Part shown: positions 61,445 to 64,000 of the stretch, piece after piece | Numbering within the stretch: position 1 is the stretch's first letter | Layout: each line of letters opens with the position of its first letter | Assembly (NCBI GenBank): GCA_938040735.1 | Contig: CALHYE010000010.1 | Coordinates: 14,806 to 78,805, forward strand | DNA from: an uncultured Bellilinea sp. | GTDB lineage: Bacteria; Chloroflexota; Anaerolineae; Anaerolineales; Anaerolineaceae | Direction: 5' to 3' | DNA: 64,000 bases | Notes under the pieces: model-generated | The model's input: only the letters and a program-made list of their open reading frames with translations | Databases searched by the model: none | Told to the model about the DNA's origin: nothing | Position numbers and translations under genes: made by a program

Positions 61445-63124
61445 TTATTCAATCGAAATGATCAATTGATAGTGAGGTTGCCCGCCTTCGTGAATTTCCA
61501 TTTCGTGGTCGGGATACTTTTCCTGAATTTTTTCTGCAAGTTGATTGACTTCATCCAAACTGATATTTTGACCATAAAACAGAGTGATGCGTTCTCTCTC
61601 TTCGCTCTTTGCAGCTTTGAGCAATTCAAAACAGGCTTCTTCAAGATGGCTGGCGGATGCGACCAATTGTCCGTTGAGAAGCGCAATGACCTGCCCTTCT
61701 TCGACCTTTACACCATTTATCTCAACCGAGCGGGTTGCCGTGGTGATTTCCCCGCTTTCTACTTCATTTATGGCTTCTTCCATGTCCGAGGCGATTTCAT
61801 CAAGGTCTCCATCGGGATCATAACGCAACATGACATTCAGGCCTTGAGGAATGGTTTTGGTTGGGATAACCTTGACTTTTTTGACTGAAAGGGAAGCCGC
61901 GTTCTGAGCCGCCAAAATAATGTTTTTGTTGTTTGGCAATATAATCACCTCATCGGTTGGGAGATTTTCAAATGATTTTAGGATCTCCTCGGTGCTGGGG
62001 TTCATGGTCTGCCCGCCTTCAACAATTGCACTAACCCCCAGACTTGCGAAAATTCTCGAAAGTCCTAAACCGGGGGAAACGGCTACAACTGCGATTTTAC
62101 CGGGTTCACAGGGTGGAAATTCAATGGAGGGCTGGGAATTCTTTTTCTCCTCCATTTGAGCCATTAAATTTTCGATGGCAACTTTAGTAATTGTGCCAAG
62201 GCTCATGGTGTATTCGATGGGCTCATACCGTTTTTCTGTGGGAACATGAATATGCATTCGATACATGCCATCACCTTCCCCAACTTGAATGGAAGTGCCC
62301 ATCTGAGTAAGACGCTCGTAGAAGCGGTCTAAATCCAGCGGTTGATGAGGGCGAAAATCAACTACAACCTCAAAGTCCTGCCCCGGCTCAATTTCTTCCA
62401 TAGTTTCCTCTAAATTCATTGCGGTAATTGGCTGGACGCTGGTGGTAGGTGTTTCCAGAGATTGTCCCTTGAGGAAGCGCAGCATTCCTTCCAGGATGAT
62501 CAACAAACCTTTGCCGCCGGAATCGACCACGCCAGCTTGTTTGAGAATAGGCAGCAGTTCGGGAGTTTTTTGTACAGAAAGATCTGCTTCAAATACTATT
62601 TTTTCTAACCATTCCAGTGAAAGGGGCTTTCCTTTGAAGGATTCAATCGCAGCGGCAATATCTTTCGCAACCGTTAGAATTGTGCCTTCAACCGGGCGGA
62701 CAACCCCTTTGTAAGCGGTGTTTTTGGCTTCCACCAGCGCTTTGATGAGGATTTCGCCATCAATTTCCTCATAATTGTCTAAAGCACGAGCGAAGCCTCG
62801 CCACAATTGAGATAAGATCACGCCGGAGTTACCTCTTGCTCCCATTAAAGCTCCCTGCGCAATGGCGTGAGCGACTTTTCCTACATTACTTTCATTGGAA
62901 TGCAGGATTTCATTATAAGCGGCCTGCATTGTCAATAACATATTGGTGCCGGTGTCGCCATCCGGCACGGGAAAGACATTTAGGGAATTAACCAGTTGCT
63001 GATTGGTTTTTAACCAAAGCATGCCGGCTTCCAATAATTTTTTTAATGCTATTCCATCCAGTTTCCCTGCCTGCGCAATTTCCTTTGCCTGAGGCAGGGT
63101 AGTTTGATCTACATCATCATTCAT
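61445..63124 (-). CDS. fakA: DAK2-domain fatty acid kinase A
   Basis: LNVFPVPDGDTGTNM, GARGNSG, EGTILTV, GGQTMNPS and GGQP motifs; start may be 63139. Confidence 0.93.
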   Translation of the reverse strand: MNDDVDQTTLPQAKEIAQAGKLDGIALKKLLEAGMLWLKTNQQLVNSLNVFPVPDGDTGTNMLLTMQAAYNEILHSNESNVGKVAHAIAQGALMGARGNSGVILSQLWRGFARALDNYEEIDGEILIKALVEAKNTAYKGVVRPVEGTILTVAKDIAAAIESFKGKPLSLEWLEKIVFEADLSVQKTPELLPILKQAGVVDSGGKGLLIILEGMLRFLKGQSLETPTTSVQPITAMNLEETMEEIEPGQDFEVVVDFRPHQPLDLDRFYERLTQMGTSIQVGEGDGMYRMHIHVPTEKRYEPIEYTMSLGTITKVAIENLMAQMEEKKNSQPSIEFPPCEPGKIAVVAVSPGLGLSRIFASLGVSAIVEGGQTMNPSTEEILKSFENLPTDEVIILPNNKNIILAAQNAASLSVKKVKVIPTKTIPQGLNVMLRYDPDGDLDEIASDMEEAINEVESGEITTATRSVEINGVKVEEGQVIALLNGQLVASASHLEEACFELLKAAKSEERERITLFYGQNISLDEVNQLAEKIQEKYPDHEMEIHEGGQPHYQLIISIE

Positions 63125-63153
63125 AGTACTCCAAACCAATTCTTATAGATTTT

Positions 63154-63507
63154 CTAATCCGTGTCGCTGATTCGCAGTCCGCGCACATGAACATTGACTT
63201 CTTTCACCGGTAACTCAAGCCATTTTTCGATCTGATAGCGCACATTTTCAGCGACGCTGGAAGTTACCATTTTAATCCGAGTTCCATATTCGACAATGAT
63301 ATAAAGATCAATAAGGATGCCATCGTCTCTGAATTCGACCTCCACCCCTTTGGAAGGGTCTTTGACAATTTTATTGGCAAGGTCTTCTGCCAGATTTTTT
63401 GCAGCCAATCCCACAACGCCGTACGATTCAATTGCGGCCATGTGGGCAATGGATGCGATCGCTCGGTGTGAGATAAAAATATTACCCAGTGGATTCGGTT
63501 CGCTCAT
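63154..63507 (-). CDS. Asp23/Gls24-family protein
   Basis: GNIFIS, SYGVVG, VEYGTRI and VNVHV motifs. Confidence 0.92.
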   Translation of the reverse strand: MSEPNPLGNIFISHRAIASIAHMAAIESYGVVGLAAKNLAEDLANKIVKDPSKGVEVEFRDDGILIDLYIIVEYGTRIKMVTSSVAENVRYQIEKWLELPVKEVNVHVRGLRISDTD

Positions 63508-63540
63508 TTTCACAATCCCTCTTTTATAAAACAGTTCGAG

Positions 63541-63569
63541 TTGAAAAAAGATACGCAGTGTGGTAGAAT
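63541..63569 (+). promoter_or_regulatory. Sigma70 promoter of rpmB
   Basis: TTGAAA, 17-nt spacer, TAGAAT with TG extension. Confidence 0.75.
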
Positions 63570-63635
63570 GTGTTCTTGCGTCCGGTCATTGTGAGGCTGG
63601 AAGAGAGTTTTGTTGTTGGAAAGGATTTGATGATC

Positions 63636-63818
63636 ATGGCTAAGTGCGAACGGTGCGGTAAAACAACGACTTTTGGTCATAACCGAAGTTTCTCCATGCG
63701 TGCTACTAACCGCTCCTATAAACCCAACCTGCAGCGGGTGACGGTAATGGAAGGTGGGCGGAAAGTTCGGCGTGTGCTGTGCGCAAAGTGTATTCGGACA
63801 TTGGTTAAGACCAAGTAG
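63636..63818 (+). CDS. rpmB: 50S ribosomal protein L28 (Zn-binding form)
   Basis: MAKCERCGK..GHNRS..KPNLQ..CAKC. Confidence 0.96.
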   Translation: MAKCERCGKTTTFGHNRSFSMRATNRSYKPNLQRVTVMEGGRKVRRVLCAKCIRTLVKTK

Positions 63819-63843
63819 TTCAATCCTTTCGAGAAAAGCGGTA

Positions 63844-64000
63844 TCAACCGCGTTCTTGAGCTTGCGGCGAAAGCCGCATTTTTTTTTGAATTTGGGTTCG
63901 GAGTGAGTTCACACCTTCAGCGATTCCCTGCGGATGCTTAAAGATCGCAGTGGCTGCAACAAAACAATTGGCGCCGGCTTCTGCAACGGCGGAGATGTTT
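63844..64000 (-). CDS. rpe: Ribulose-phosphate 3-epimerase, C-terminal end (truncated by window)
   Basis: Manual translation NISAVAEAGANCFVAATAIFKHP matches the Rpe C-terminal AGA..FVAG/ASAIF motif; rpe commonly neighbours rpmB. Confidence 0.75.
   Translation of the reverse strand, partial: NISAVAEAGANCFVAATAIFKHPQGIAEGVNSLRTQIQKKMRLSPQAQERG
63863..63887 (+). terminator. Rho-independent terminator after rpmB
   Basis: TGCGGC-GAAA-GCCGCA followed by T9. Confidence 0.85.

Noticed and set aside
57522-63818. rpmB/asp23/fakA/degV/recG/coaD cluster lacking rsmD
   Set aside because: A widely conserved housekeeping neighbourhood; absence of rsmD here is a minor rearrangement

Overview
Gene-dense bacterial chromosome segment of about 50% GC (estimated by eye). 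Protein families and gene order suggest an anaerobic Chloroflexota (Anaerolineae-like) organism; this is an inference. Most of the window is housekeeping or energy metabolism: atpG(partial)-atpD-atpC, an mreB paralog, rex, tRNA-Arg(CCG), an AOR-family oxidoreductase, glmS, korAB, pyk, argF-rocD, ctaA, folC, lon, coaD, recG, degV, fakA, asp23, rpmB and rpe (partial). I saw no transposase, integrase, prophage or CRISPR array. Five things stand out. (1) A tightly coupled six-gene operon of unknown function: Ycf46-like AAA+ ATPase, atypical Hsp70, DUF1257, DUF2997, an NrdG-like radical SAM activase with no nrdD in the window, and a helical+WD40 protein. (2) A glmS ribozyme with a ~60-nt two-hairpin insertion in its core and no recognisable canonical P3.1/P4. 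(3) A candidate extracellular electron transfer locus: a duplicated 2x5-heme lipoprotein plus a split CbcL-like 9-heme/cytochrome b pair, with a shared operator-like 15-mer upstream of both units. (4) A stand-alone nuoB-nuoCD-nuoI module co-oriented with Fe-S carrier genes, opposite a SufR-like regulator. (5) An MreB paralog lacking its catalytic acidic residues. All family assignments come from motif recognition by eye, not database searches.
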